Of a stretch of 64,000 nucleotides of DNA, positions 51,314 to 64,000 are shown one piece after another (within the stretch, counting starts at the first letter, position 1; each line of letters starts with the position of its first letter). The stretch is from Octopus bimaculoides (lineage: Eukaryota), in contig NC_068983.1 of the NCBI RefSeq assembly GCF_001194135.2, positions 146,146,902 through 146,210,901 of the forward strand, written 5' to 3'. The position numbers were made by a program, and so were the translations under genes. A model generated the notes under the pieces. The model did no database searches. It was not told the origin of the DNA and saw only the letters and a list, made by a program, of their open reading frames with translations.

Positions 51314-52467
51314 GCATCGTGAGGACCAAAGACTTGAGGTATTTTGTGTTGCAAGACAGTGTGTGAGAGGGAATCACGATGTTGTAGGAGAGAAATGTGT
51401 CCGCATGGATGATGGTTCACTTGCACTAAACGAAGCTGCAAAGAGAGGTTTGGAGACGCCACTATGAAAGGTTGCTCAATAAAGAGAATGAAAGGGAGAA
51501 AGAGAGTCTGCCGAATGTTGACCCAACAGAGGAACCAGCTATCCGAATTTGACAGTACCTTGGTAGATAAAGTAATTAAGAGTATGAAGACAGGGAAAGC
51601 CCCCGGCCCATCAGGAATCACTGCAGAGATGCTCAAAATATCTGGCAGTGTTGGCTATAGCCTAGTCACCCGTATAGTTAACCAGGTGGTACACGAAGGA
51701 GTCATACCCAATGACTAGTGTAGCAGCACCATAGTCAACTGCTACAAAGGTACAGGTGACGCTTTAGATACAAATAATTACAGAGGTATCAAGTTGTTGG
51801 ATCAGGTAATGAAGGTTATGGAGAGGGTCATAGCCCAACTAATTAGGGAGAGAGTCAGTTTGGGTTCATGCCAGGGAAAAGCACCACTGATGCTATATTT
51901 CTGGTAAGACAGCTGCAGGAGAAATACCTAGCCAAAGATAGCCTAGCTTTCATTGACATGGAGAAAGCTTTGACAGGATCCCCATTCCCTTATCTCGTGG
52001 TCAATGAGGAAACTAAGGATAGATGAATGGTTAGTGAGAGCTGTGTGAGCCATGTACAGGGACACTCTCAGTAAGGTGAGGGTTGGCAACGAGTGCAGTG
52101 AAGAATTTCAGGTAGAGGTAGGGTCCACCAAGGTTCAGTCCTCAGCCCCCTCCTATTTATCATGGTCCTCCAGGCAATAACAGAGGAATTCAAGACAGGA
52201 GGCCCCTGGGAACTCCTCTATGCTGACGACCTTGCTCTGATTGCTGAGTCACTGTCAGAACTAGAGGAGAAGCTTCAGGCATGGAAGCAAGGATTAGAAT
52301 CGAAGGGCCTTAGAGCCAACCTAGCTAAAACCAAAGTCCTAATAAGCAGGAAGGTAGACAAACCACAAGTCCCTTCAGGTAGATGACCCTGCTCGATCTG
52401 TAGAAAAGGCGAAGGTAGAAACTCTATAAGATGTACTCAGTGTAAGCTATGGACACATGCCTGCATC
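51311..52467 (+). mobile_element. Internal RTE LINE fragment covering the RT domain, pseudogenised
   Basis: MKTGKAPGPSG, YRGIKLL, GVHQGS.LSPLLF-like, ELLYADDL, GL..NL.KTKV. Frameshifted and flanked by the 8-bp direct repeat CCTGCATC. Confidence 0.92.
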
Positions 52468-53659
52468 TATGTTGACTGAGATATTTTAGAGTCCTTAATA
52501 AAAAAAATGATTAAAATCAAAGCACTTGTATTTTCAACAATCTATGTTCAAAAGAAAAACCAATTCTCACATACACACAATGTATATTCATTCCCATAGC
52601 TTTTGTTCAGGGTTAAATGTTTTGCAAGTTGCTGCTTAGAATTATGTGTTTCTGATTTCCAAATAACTGGTTGTATGTAAGATGGTTGAAGCTATTTACA
52701 TACAGCAGCTAAAATTACTTGATTCTTGGTGAAAATATATTAACAGTAAAATACAGGTTTCGCAAATGAATATATAAACATATAAACCCAAGTTTTTATT
52801 ATAATTATCACTATTCGGTCATATCCACACACACACACACAGAGGTTTATTCATCTTCACTTCCTAATAACTTCCTCTAGTTTTATGTTTTAAACTTATT
52901 TTTTCATCTCTATATTAATATATTCCCCCCATACAATAACATTTCTCTCTCTCTCTTCCTCACTTTCTGCATATATCATATTATATATCTATAATATATA
53001 TATATCATCATCACTCACATTCTTTATCCACTTCCATTGTCAGTCTCAAGCTACCCACCATAACTACTGCTAACTGTTAACTGCTACAGCTCATATTAAT
53101 TCTCCATGACAAACAGTCGAATCTAAAAGGTCAATTTCTTTATGCTGATAACCTACACATATTTTACCAGGAGCCTGTTTAAAAGTAATCTCTCCTCCCA
53201 AAACTTGAAATAATGACCCCCTTAATCTTGAAACTGTTGTTTACCAGCACTCTAGACTGTAACAAGGCATATAGCATTTTAAATAATAACATACAAATCA
53301 TTATGCTTGTCAGAAAAACCTTACTCATCAACAAAAACTCTAGTTGTCTTTTGTTTAATTAAAACAAAAAATTGACTACACCATTTTTTTTTTCCTAATA
53401 TCAATATGGGATTAATAGTGCAAAGGTGATTGATTTTGGTGTCCTTTACAAGTGGATACACTTCAAATTATATGCACAGCTATATACAACTGGCAGGTTA
53501 GCTCCATCGCAGCATACCTTTGGCAACACAATACATACATTTACCTTTTTTGGCTCAAAGGATCTGTTGTTCTTTTTAACCCAATATTTACATGCTGTTA
53601 TTTATAGCTTCATCTGCTTCAAGATTCACTATTTCCAAAAAGAATTATTTAATGTTCTT

Positions 53660-54355
53660 CATCATCATCATCATTGTCGTTTAACGTTTGCTTTCCATGC
53701 TAGCATGGGTTTGACGGTTTGACTGAGGGCTGGCAAACCAGAAGGCTGCACCAGGCTCCAATCTGATCTGGCAACGTTTCTACAGCTGGATGCCCTTCCT
53801 AATGCCAACTACTCTGAGAGTGCAGTGGGCGTTTTTACATGCCACCTGCACGAGGGCCAGTCAGGTGGTACTGGCATCGGCCAGGCTCAAATGATGCTTT
53901 TTACGTGCAGCCTGCACAGGAGCCGGTCCAGTGGCACTGGCAACGATCACGCTCAAATGGTGCTTTTTACATGCCATCAGCACAGGAGCCAGTCAGCAGC
54001 CCTGGCAACGATCACGCTTGAATGGTGCTTTTGACATTCCACCGACACGAGTGCCAATAAGACGGTATTGTCATCAGCCATGACAACGATTTCACTTGCC
54101 TCAACAGGTCTTTGCAAGTGTAGTTTATTGTCCAATGATTGAAAGGTACTCTTAAATAGGCTGGTTATACAGCACTGGCATAGGCCACGGTTCTGGTCTC
54201 ACCTGGCTTGCTAGGTCTTCTCAAGTACAGCATATCTCCAAAGAACTGTCACTTGTCATTGCCTTGGTGAGGCCCAATGTTCAAAGGTCATGCTTCACCA
54301 CCTCATCCCAGATCTTCCTGAGTCTACTTCTTCCACAGGTTCCCTCAGCTGCTAG
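53660..54355 (-). mobile_element. Long (GAT)n-tailed repeat with about 3.5 tandem 65-66-bp units
   Basis: GCTCAAATG(A/G)TGCTTTT-type motif recurs at 53885, 53951 and 54016. Confidence 0.85.
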
Positions 54356-56104
54356 GGTGTGACACTTTTTGATGCTTTTAAACTCTTATTACATTAACAA
54401 TACACATTTAGGATAGGCTCAATGAGCAACTTTAACAATTTCAACCTAAAAATAATAATAACCACAAGCATAAATACATTTGTCTTTTTAGACATTTAAT
54501 TTAAATATAAGCATTGAAAATAAAGGCAATTAAACAAAAAGCTCATGTGTGTCAAAAAAATTCTAGTAATCTATGCATAGCTTTCAACAACCTAGTCAAA
54601 ATATTGATAGAAGTATCTCTAACTTATTGTCAAATGCAAACATTTTTAAGTAGCAGCCCCTACTTAAAGCAGACAAATAGATAAGATCCATTATGTCCCT
54701 AATAGTCTGCTACCCACGAACAGGAAAAATATGTCAGAAAACCCTCTGGTTGAATTAATCATTCTCATTAAACTTTAAATCTAGCATATGTAATTCTTTT
54801 CGGGGGTTTAATCAATAAACATTTCCCAATAAACCTCTGTTACAGGAAATTATTGCATAGAAACAAGTAGAAACTAATGAGACTAAACTGTAATCAAACA
54901 ACAAACGTAAAAATGAAAATCAAAAGAAACCAAAACTATAGAGGTGAATTCACTGTGAAAATACAAGATGCATGTCCTATCAATCAGTCATGCAATGCTG
55001 AGGTAATTATTTCTGAAGTCAAGGTCTTTGGAATGGCAGAAGGTAAATTCAAATACCATTGTTATTACCACACTTTTTTTTTTCTGAAACATAAAGAAAG
55101 GGAATGTCACTAATAAGGAAAAAGAGTATCACACACACATACTGAAAGTCTGTGTACAGATGCTGTCATCATTTGGATCAACAAAATTGAATGAATGGCT
55201 GACAACTCCAGGAATATAGAAGTTGCCAAGGCCCACATAGGAAGCCCATCCATTGAATAACATGTCACTTTTGTCACTTCCGGTTTTTATTGCAATTTGC
55301 TTTCATAATTCTCAGACAATTTACATTCATTTTTTACTACGGTAAACTATGTTAACCAAAATAAATATCAATTGAACATTGGAGGCAATGTAATTAATTA
55401 GCACCCTCCCACCAAATTTCATATATTGTGTCTATAGTAGAAAGAATCATTGCTATTTTCAAGGCAGCCAATAAAATGCTTAGCGGCATTTCTTCTGGGG
55501 TTTTATGTACTGAATTCAAATTCTGCCAGGGTCGACTTTGCCTTTCAAGTTTTCAGGGTTGATAAAATAAGTACTAGTCGAGCACTGTGATTAATATGCT
55601 CGAATTACCCCACCCCTCAAAATCTTATAATAATTCTGCTTGTTCCTCCATTACTTAGCCCGTCGATGTGTTTACGTCCTCGTAATTTAGCGGTTCAGCA
55701 AAAAGACCGATAGAATAAGTACCAGGCCTAAAAAAAAAGTACTGGTGTCAAGTCATTCAACTGAAGGTAGTGCCCCAGCATAGCAGCAGTCTAATGGCTG
55801 AAACAAGTAAAAGATAAACATACACTAACGGCTATTTTACTTTCAAAACGGTTAAAATCGAGTCTACCTTAAAATGTTCAACATGTCATGTTTCATTCAG
55901 TAGTCATTCACAATACACTGAGGTTAATCTTGTGAGAGAGAGAGAGAGAGAGAAATTAGCAAATAAAATCAGAGCGATGAAATAAAATAAGACTTCTGAC
56001 CGTAACCATCTGGCTAGCAAGGGATATTCTTTCTGGGGTTTCGAAATAATGAACTGAGGTTTTCATTTACTCTTACTAGCAATTTTTGGTAAATTGATAT
56101 TCGC

Positions 56105-56525
56105 GAAATAATCATACTTTTGATTTTTTAGTGCTAAAAACCTTCCTGACGACCATCTTTGTAATCCCCCAAAAATATCGTAACCATTTATCCAGCCGTC
56201 TGGCCGTGAAGAAGGAACAGACAAAGAGATGGACAGACGAACATTACGCCCATTATAGTAAGATAGCAAATCTGCCCATCTACGATGAGAAATAAAGGGA
56301 TAGTATCGCAAATCTAAGCTCTTTAAATTCACGAATTATACAGCGTGGGGGGGGGGTGATTTATTAATACAAAACTCAATATCCACTAAATAATCATACT
56401 TTTTTGCATTTTTTCGCTCAAAAACCTTCCTGATTACTTCCTGCATAATCCCGAAAAACATCGTGACCATTGGTCCAGCCATTTGACTGTGAAGAGGAAA
56501 CAGACAGACGGCCATTATAGTAAGA
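56105..56525 (+). mobile_element. Two diverged tandem copies of a DINE-1/Lep1-like non-autonomous element end
   Basis: ATAATCATACTTTT...AAAAACCTTCCTGA...CCAGCC...GTGAAGA..AACAGAC...CCATTATAGTAAGAT at about 56105-56265 and 56390-56525. The CAGAC microsatellite core is typical of Helentron-associated elements. Confidence 0.5.
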
Positions 56526-56959
56526 TTTACGGTATCCGGTTTAGAATTTTTTCAACCACACACACAGTCACGGAAGTCTCTAACGAGCTTGAAAACTAGG
56601 TAAAATATTCTCGATGTAACTGAAGTGAAATTATCAATGATAAATTACTGGCATTGTTATGAGTGTCTGTACCAGCTAGAGCTGAAATAGGTAATGAAAG
56701 ACTTTGTTAGGATTTGATGGAGACCAAGATGAAATGATGACCGCCATGAAGATACAAACAGCATCTGTCAGGTCGTAACTTGTGTGAAATAACGTCAGAT
56801 AAAATAAATGACACAAGGATACATTACAATAAAGACGAATCTTTCCAACAAAATAATTTAATTCGTTTAAATTTAATACTGCTCAATTATAATAAATACC
56901 GCACGTATTTGCTAAATTAAACAGTTCATATTTGCTGTGCCATTAAGAATGCAACATCT

Positions 56960-58208
56960 TCTCAAGTTTCAGCTCCAGCTTTCTGGGTACATTTTTTTAC
57001 TAATTCATAGAGAAAACTCTTCAGTAGAAGGCTTTTCATAAAATCTGATGAAAATTTCCTGGATTTTTCCTTTGGTGATGAATGTGAGGTATGTTGCGAC
57101 GAGCTCGACCTTGCTAAGTCTAAAACTTCATCAACCAAGATAGACTACTATCCTGATTGTTTCTTCGCATCATTTCTGTGATGACTATAGTCATGATATT
57201 AAGAATTTTGGAAAATAGATGAGATCCACTGCATACAGGCGTCTGACTTTATAGGATTTCTCCAACCAAAGATGTATAAGTTCCAAAAATGAATACGGTT
57301 AACATTGGAAACTTCACCTAAATTCCTTTGGTCCTCTGCCTGACCCATTATGTTTTGCTAGATAATAAAGTTTTGAAGTTCTTTCAACTCCACGCTCCTA
57401 ACAAATTTTTTTGCGTTTTCTTGAACAGTTATTCATTTCATCATGGCCTGCTGATGACAAGTACCTCTTAATTGCCTTGGGAGTTGATTTGTCTAATAAT
57501 TTTCAATAATAAAAGTCTTACTGCGCATGAACCCAAGAATTGTCCTGGGTATGACTTCAAACTGCACCCAGTAGTGGAGCTCTGGTTCGAGAGCTTTGAG
57601 GCTTGTGGAACCACCTTTTAGCCACTATTGTTCACAGGTTTACTCTGACCCAGAGGAATTACACCTGTCAGGGACCCAGCTACGGCTTAATTAGTGTGTA
57701 AATAGAAGTCAACTGTGAACACGGGAATAAACAACCCCGGACCAAACCATGGGTGGCCCCTTGACAACACCTAGCATCTGTAGGTAATTTCGCCACCGAA
57801 AATTTCAGCTATTGAAAGAACAATACTGGTTCAGACAAGTCGTTCAACCGGCTGATGATGCTTGCACATTACACATAACATCAAACATAATATTTGTCAA
57901 TGATATCAGTAAAAGAACCAGAAAATTTAAACCAATTAGAATGAAATCTCTTAAACTAGACTCCTTGCTAGATTTCTTTCGTTTATTATATTATGTCAGA
58001 ATTGGCTGATGCGGTCTCATTTCAGTAACATTGTCCTGAGGTGGCACTGGAACCAGTGTAGATTCTTGGAGCACATGAACTTCATTATTTTTGTCACTTG
58101 AAATATTTTCAGATGCGGAAGTGCCAGATTCTGTAGAGAGTCTCGGATTCTTTACAGTATCTTTATTAATCATTGTGAACCATGTTCTGTCCAGTTTCTG
58201 GGATCTGG
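56960..58208 (-). pseudogene. Possible decayed coding region with type II membrane topology, split by a repeat insertion at about 57540-57690
   Basis: One frame runs about 118 codons with a single TAA (57991-57993) and includes KRKK followed by FILIGLNFLVLLLISLTNIMF. A second stretch (about 57430-56960) has few stops. Family not identified. Confidence 0.3.
57011..57088 (+). CDS. Candidate orphan 78-nt exon (RKLFSRRLFIKSDENFLDFSFGDECE)
   Basis: Branch-like TACTAAT, acceptor tcatag| and donor GAG|gtatgt. The length is divisible by 3 and only phase 0 is open. No homology recognised and no partner exon found. Confidence 0.3.
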
Positions 58209-58579
58209 ACAAAAGCCCCACGGTTATATTTTTCGGATATTTTTTTTTCTTTTTACTTGTTGCAGTCATTAGACCGTGGCCATGCTGGAGCACCACCTTG
58301 ATGTATTTTTAGTCGAATATATCGACCCCAGAATCACTTTTAGGTGATTTTCAACCAGCACATGAAGTTAAGCCTAGAAGGTCTCTCTACATGCTAGAAA
58401 TAACCAAATCTTTAAAAAAAAAATTTATAATTTCACGTAAACAAAAACGGAAATCGCGGTTGTAAAAATAGAAACATTTATTTACCAAAATTCTAATTTT
58501 TAAGTAAACAAAATATAATCAGTCGAAAATAAGTAAGTAGAATAGAATAAATTTTTAAATACTGATTTTTCTGCGACAA

Positions 58580-58830
58580 AAAATTCTTCAAGGCGGTGTC
58601 CCAGCATGGCTGCAGTCTAATAACTGTAACAAGTAAAAAAAATTTTTAACTTCTGGCGTCGATACATCTGATAAAAATTCTTCAAGGTGGTGCCCCAACA
58701 TGGCTGCAGTCAAATAACTGCAACAAGTAAGAATAAAAAAAATTCTAGCGGCGATACGTTCGACTAAAATTTCTTCAAGGCAGTGCCCCAGCATGGCCAC
58801 AATGTAATGACTGAAACAAGTAAAAGGTGA
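58580..58830 (+). repeat. Three tandem diverged copies (about 90-bp period) of the composite-SINE 3' tail
   Basis: AAATT(C/T)CTTCAAGG.(G/A)GTG.CCCA.CATGGC..CA...AACAAGTAA occurs three times. An inverted copy lies at about 58235-58330. Confidence 0.85.
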
Positions 58831-59187
58831 AAAAAACAAACCGAAAAATGTAACCATGGGTCTTTTATCCACTTTCACACTTTTACTATGGCGCTTTTGT
58901 CCGAAGGACTTTTGTCCTAAACATCCAGTTTCCACCTCCACTAGTACGTACAAACACCTATACATGTAATTGTTAGATTTCATCAAAGTATGAGTGTATT
59001 AGTTTTTGTCGATATATGTGTATGTTTTTGTCGATATATGTGTATGTTTTCATCGAAGTGTGTATGTGCATGTTTGCATACATATAATTTTTAAATCAGC
59101 AGAAACATTACCAAAGTAACTCAAGGGCAGAAAGTTCGTTTGAGAGCGCACACACTCATACGTACATACACATATACACATACATGC

Positions 59188-59241
<54 letters not shown>

Positions 59242-61119
59242 GGGGTAAATAAGAATTGCAGTTATTGCTTTTTATAAGAAACTGAAAAGGATTTTTAACG
59301 GCTCAGAAATAAATTCTAATTCAATTTATGTTGTAATGGACAGGTGATACTACAACTTTTCCTGGTCCTACTCTGCATAAAGAGCATGCACGTGCCAGCA
59401 GCGCACTGTCTTTAAGATAGCGGGTTAGCCCTAGTGTATGCATGTGTGTATACATGTGTATGATCATATGGGTATGTGTGTGTGAGAGATCAAATATATA
59501 CACACACGAAAGCCCTCAATAATCACACATGCATAGCCACATAAATACTCAGACACACACGAGCATATATGCCTTTTCGCTTGTTCGTAGTCGTGCGTGT
59601 ATGTAGGTCTTCATAGATGTTTCCGAATTCGTTTGTTTCTAAGTGCATAAATGTATTTTGTGTGTGTGTGCATGCGTGCGTGTGTTTATTAAGGGTTTTA
59701 GTTTATAAATAGGATTCCTGCCTGTCGGTGGTAACTTTTCCCTCTGCTGGAGAAAATTAGGGACATAAAGATTACAGAGTACAAACATTAATGCTTTCTC
59801 ACCTACTGGGAGTGTTTTCTCTATAATGAACACCTCAGTGCGCTAACCTTAAAAAGTATGTGTATAATGTGTACACTGATGTATGTATGTATGTATGCAT
59901 GTTTGTGTGTATGCATAGATGTGTGTTTTGTTTGATTTTAGGTTTATGAGTATCTATTTACTTGGGTATTATGTAGGTACGTCTTCTGCGAAGCTAGCTA
60001 GGAAAAATACCTAGGGACATACTCTGCATGAAAACCAAATGTCAATTCTAGCATACTTAATGCACAGATCCATAAACAGATTATTAGTCCTTGTGGAGCT
60101 TAGAGGGGCTCATATTTTTATAATCGTATACATATTTACTGAAATAGGAAAAAGTGCTACACACATTTTAATATAGCTAAGCTAAATTAGCCCCAGTCTC
60201 TTTTTGTTTTGTGTTACTGTTATGTGCCAATTAATCAAACTAAATGATAGATAAAATATGGACAACGGAGAATTCTAACAACCTCAGACAAATTTCTCAA
60301 AATCATTTTACAGAGGTTTTGAGCATTACACTACTATTCTACATTAAGCGTAATTATTTAGTTACACTTTTCAAATTTCTCTTCAGTACAGCCAAACTCC
60401 AATCCAAAAAATAAGGTTCTTCCATTGGATCTGGGTAGTTAGATACGTATTTTCACGCGTATGTACGAGAGGGCATATACATTTGCAAACTTGCAAGCAT
60501 GCATGTCATTGCTCGCGAATCTGCATACTTCAACTCATATGAGTACACATTACGCGTGTGTATGTGTAGTGTTCTGTTTTACAAAGTTTTACAATACCAT
60601 CAATGGATTGTAATTGTAGTCATCAAATTAGTCGTGTCATATTAGATTTTGTGAAGTCCGATTTTTCAAGATTAGTACAGTGGAGTTGGTCACACCACCA
60701 ATGCCCTGATAATCGCAGTGTAAATTTACTATAATCACAAGTATAAGTTTAAGAATCCAGTGGGGAAAAAAGTCACAAGACAAAGTAAGGACGGGGAAAA
60801 AAAAAAGAAGAGTTCATCAATGCAATGTGCAGCTGTAATAACTTTATAATTTGTGTTTTACTCGACGGGAAAACTACGAGACTGGTAGCGTTTCTTGGTG
60901 TGGTGTGGTGTTGGTTGGGATTTTCGTCTTAGTCGTCATGTAAGATGTGTTCAACCGATACGTCATGTATTGTCAATAAATAACTTTCGTTCATTGTCTT
61001 ACTTTGTTTAAGAAATCTAATAAAAAGTTGTTTTTAGTCCCCCATGTGTAGTATCATTATAGATAAATTGTATACAAATCATGTACTGTCAGTTAATAAC
61101 TGATTTTAATTGTTTATAG

Positions 61120-61366
61120 CCGCGGTTCTCAACCATTTTTTTTTGCATATGGATCCCCATTGATTCCTATTTTGCTTGGTTGGATATTCATTATTTAAAA
61201 AGTCCTATTATATTTTTATAATTAGATGTTATTAGGAATTGTATAAAGAAATTAAAATAATTTTTGTGTGTATTATAGAAATATAACCTGTTTATGGCAC
61301 AAATTTTAGCAACAAAATTTTGTGTGGACCTTTGAGAATTACAAGGACCTCAGTTGAGAATCATTG
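61120..61366. mobile_element. hAT (Charlie-like) MITE
   Basis: TIRs CCGCGGTTCTCAAC and GTTGAGAATCATTG, with 8-bp TSD GTTTATAG/GTTTATAT. Confidence 0.8.
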
Positions 61367-63369
61367 GTTTATATTAATAGTATTTAAATAAAATATAACT
61401 CTTATTATCTATTTAAAATTGTGACTTTTTTCTTTGACATTCCCCCCCCCCCAGATACTTAAGTTTAAAGGCTCGTGGATAGAATATAAGATTTCATATT
61501 AATTAACCATGTTTTCTTTTTATCGTTGACATTATGGGAACGTATAACTGAATTCTACCACAGTGCAGAATCTTTTCTTTATCGCAATGGTTTGTTTTGC
61601 TTATATTTTACAGAGATTTTGAGCATTGCACCACTCTTCTTTCATATTAAAGGTGAGTAGGTAATATATATATATATATCACTATCTGCAAGCAAAGTTG
61701 TGTAAAATGTAAAATATATGTAGAGGTATGCGAGTGGTCGAAAAGTGTCAAATCCCGAGCTGATCTTGTCGTACAGGTTTGACTGCCTCAGCAAGCCGTT
61801 GGCATTTTCATTTGGACTCCACCACACTGACTTGCACTTTGATAGATGGTGTAAGGAGAAAACTTTTGTATGGTGATATCTCAAATGAGAAAGAGAATCG
61901 CCGTCAGGGTACCAAATTAACAACTAAGACTGACACTTGACACTCGTCACTTTAGTTAATCTTATATGTTTAGCCCTGAGTCGACTCTGACCAAGCAAGT
62001 ATATGATCGAAAGCATACCAGCTATGACCATCCTGTCATTTTTTCACGGATTGTGTATCTAGGACTACACCACATTATGTATTGTGTTCCTTTTTCTTTT
62101 TTTAATGATATGATTTAAGTTGAGGATTTAGCTGCTATTCCTAGCAAGTTGAGTGACCACATAGAGACTCCTCCTTCCTAGTAGGTTGTAGCTGTTTAAC
62201 CTCAGGTTAGCCCACATCAAGCAGACTTAGGATAGAAGGGCTTTTAACCGCGACCATTCCCCCTCTTTTCAGCAATAATATTCCCAGCTACATTATTCAG
62301 TTTGTCTTTCAAGACGGTAGGGTAGTAGTGTCAAACGAACTGCCCGTGGAAATCTTTAGTCCCACTCAGTTTTATAAAAATAAGTTATTAGTATTATTTT
62401 ATTTCAAAATATTCTGTAAACTATATCGTCAACATGCGTTCAGAGTCGGAGCCCGATTGTAGTCCAGCTTATTAATACTAGTCCTGATTAATAAAATTAG
62501 TGCAATATTTTAACACTAAGGACTCATAATAGGTATCACAATAGGACTCTACATTATCTCTATCCGGCTCACGAGAATTAATTTATGCTTCAGTTTAGCT
62601 CACAAAAGTTAAACAAGTTTGATACCTCTGCAGTAAAGTGTGGTTTGAGAAAGATTTGTTAGGTCAAACGGCCATGTATAAGCTCTGTCAATGCGTCTTT
62701 TGTTCACACTCAAGTCAGCTCTACTTCCATTTGCTTTAATCACCACGATCAAACCGTGCTGGAGTACCGCCTGTGGTTAAAGGTATTCAACCATAACCAT
62801 CCTGACTTTTTTATGTCTCAAACTACATTGTTTATCTTTTTTTTTAAAACAATTAATAGGGTGTAGCTTGAAGGCGATATGGCCATATTTCTAACAGGTC
62901 AGCGATCATATATTGGCACCCTCATCACGCCTGTCTGAAGTCTCTGGTGGTAACCATGATGTAGGAGAGCGAGAACTTTATTCGAAAGTGACAGTTGTTG
63001 CTCCTTTATAATTGTAGCATGTCTGTATAAGCATAGCTTAAAACACATTTTTAATCTCAGGTAGGCTCAAACGACACTAAAAGTTTATAGCTCAATTCAG
63101 CCTGTGATTGACTGAATAAACTAGCTCCCTCTGACAGGCGCTCTCTGCTACGTCAGATTGCCACCATGTTTAATTGAGTTCCTTGAACTCATTGTCTCAC
63201 TACTCTAAAGGACTCTCGGCATGCAGTTTTGCTTTATCGCGTTAACTCTGGCTTCTCTCACACAAGAACATCCTTCTTCCACGTGCACCGGCAGTATAGA
63301 CCAAACTCAATGCCGTTATCTTATGCTAACTAGAAATACTTCTATCAAGTCTCTTATATACACAAAGTA

Positions 63370-63417
63370 GGTACTACTAAAGCAGCGCGAACCCGAACGC
63401 GCTGCTTTAGTAGTACC
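63370..63417. other. Perfect 20-bp hairpin with an 8-nt loop
   Basis: GGTACTACTAAAGCAGCGCG-AACCCGAA-CGCGCTGCTTTAGTAGTACC. Confidence 0.95.
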
Positions 63418-63499
63418 CACAAAGTATAACTAATGCTTTCACGCATTCAATCATTCACCGTTACCAAGCTACAGACATCTCTATAAAACATTAACATTG

Positions 63500-63830
63500 A
63501 ACGTAACCCACACTGCTGTGAATAAACTTTACTACCAATCATCGTCAAGTTTGTCCATCTATTTCTGCATACCAACCAATGTTGAAGTCCGTCTGTCTTT
63601 GTATACCACCAAATACCTATCGAACAGAGTTGGCGACCTGTGTCTGTCACACACACACTGCTATCAACAACTACCGTCGCCGGCATCGTCATCTTCAACC
63701 AACAACTGTGGAGTCAACATAACCAACGGACAACGTTAAGGTGGTGGTATCAACAGACCACCACACTGATGACATCTTACGTTGAATTAGCGGGAAAGCG
63801 AACTACTAAAATGGTGGCCTCAGAACCTTA
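63500..63830 (+). mobile_element. Possible LTR 3' end plus primer-binding site (Gypsy-like)
   Basis: AATAAA at about 63511 and ...GAACA followed after 4 nt by TGGCGACC. No second LTR or gag/pol is seen. Confidence 0.2.
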
Positions 63831-64000
63831 TATTCATAGAGCAATCTTCATTGCTAAATAATTGTAAGTGTTGTGCATCCCAGAAAGAATATTTTGAGGC
63901 CAATAATACTATGAGAGAGAGAGTGTATGTATTTATATATGTACTGTATTGTTGGTTTTTGTCTTGAATGCCTATCTTTCTAGTGTATTGTAATGTCCTA

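Noticed and set aside
63766-63820. CTGATGA...GAAA spacing suggesting another hammerhead (similar at 37643)
   Set aside because: Stems I and II do not pair adjacent to the core, consistent with chance motif co-occurrence.

Overview
AT-rich, microsatellite- and SINE-dense animal DNA from a gapped short-read assembly. The repeat families suggest an octopus (coleoid cephalopod); this is inference. The only protein-coding gene I can identify is at the left edge on the minus strand: the first three coding exons (4873-4588, 3638-3560, 890-836) of a leishmanolysin-like M8 metallopeptidase of the CIROP/LMLN2 type. They splice in frame and the gene continues off the window. The rest is mostly tRNA-derived SINEs, RTE, L2/CR1 and L1-like LINE fragments, a decayed Tc1 transposase with DD36E spacing, and hAT and Tc1 MITEs. 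The most notable unannotated signal is a set of minimal type I hammerhead-ribozyme motifs at four loci (about 10.4/10.7 kb, 13.4 kb, 15.4 kb and 38.1 kb). Three lie in divergent inverted-repeat structures typical of Penelope-like element ends. The fourth lies in a 340-bp monomer with a 37-bp terminal redundancy, the layout expected of a retrozyme copied from a circular RNA. Nearly all long ORFs in the track are microsatellite or N-gap artefacts. All alignments and folds were done by eye and no searches were run.
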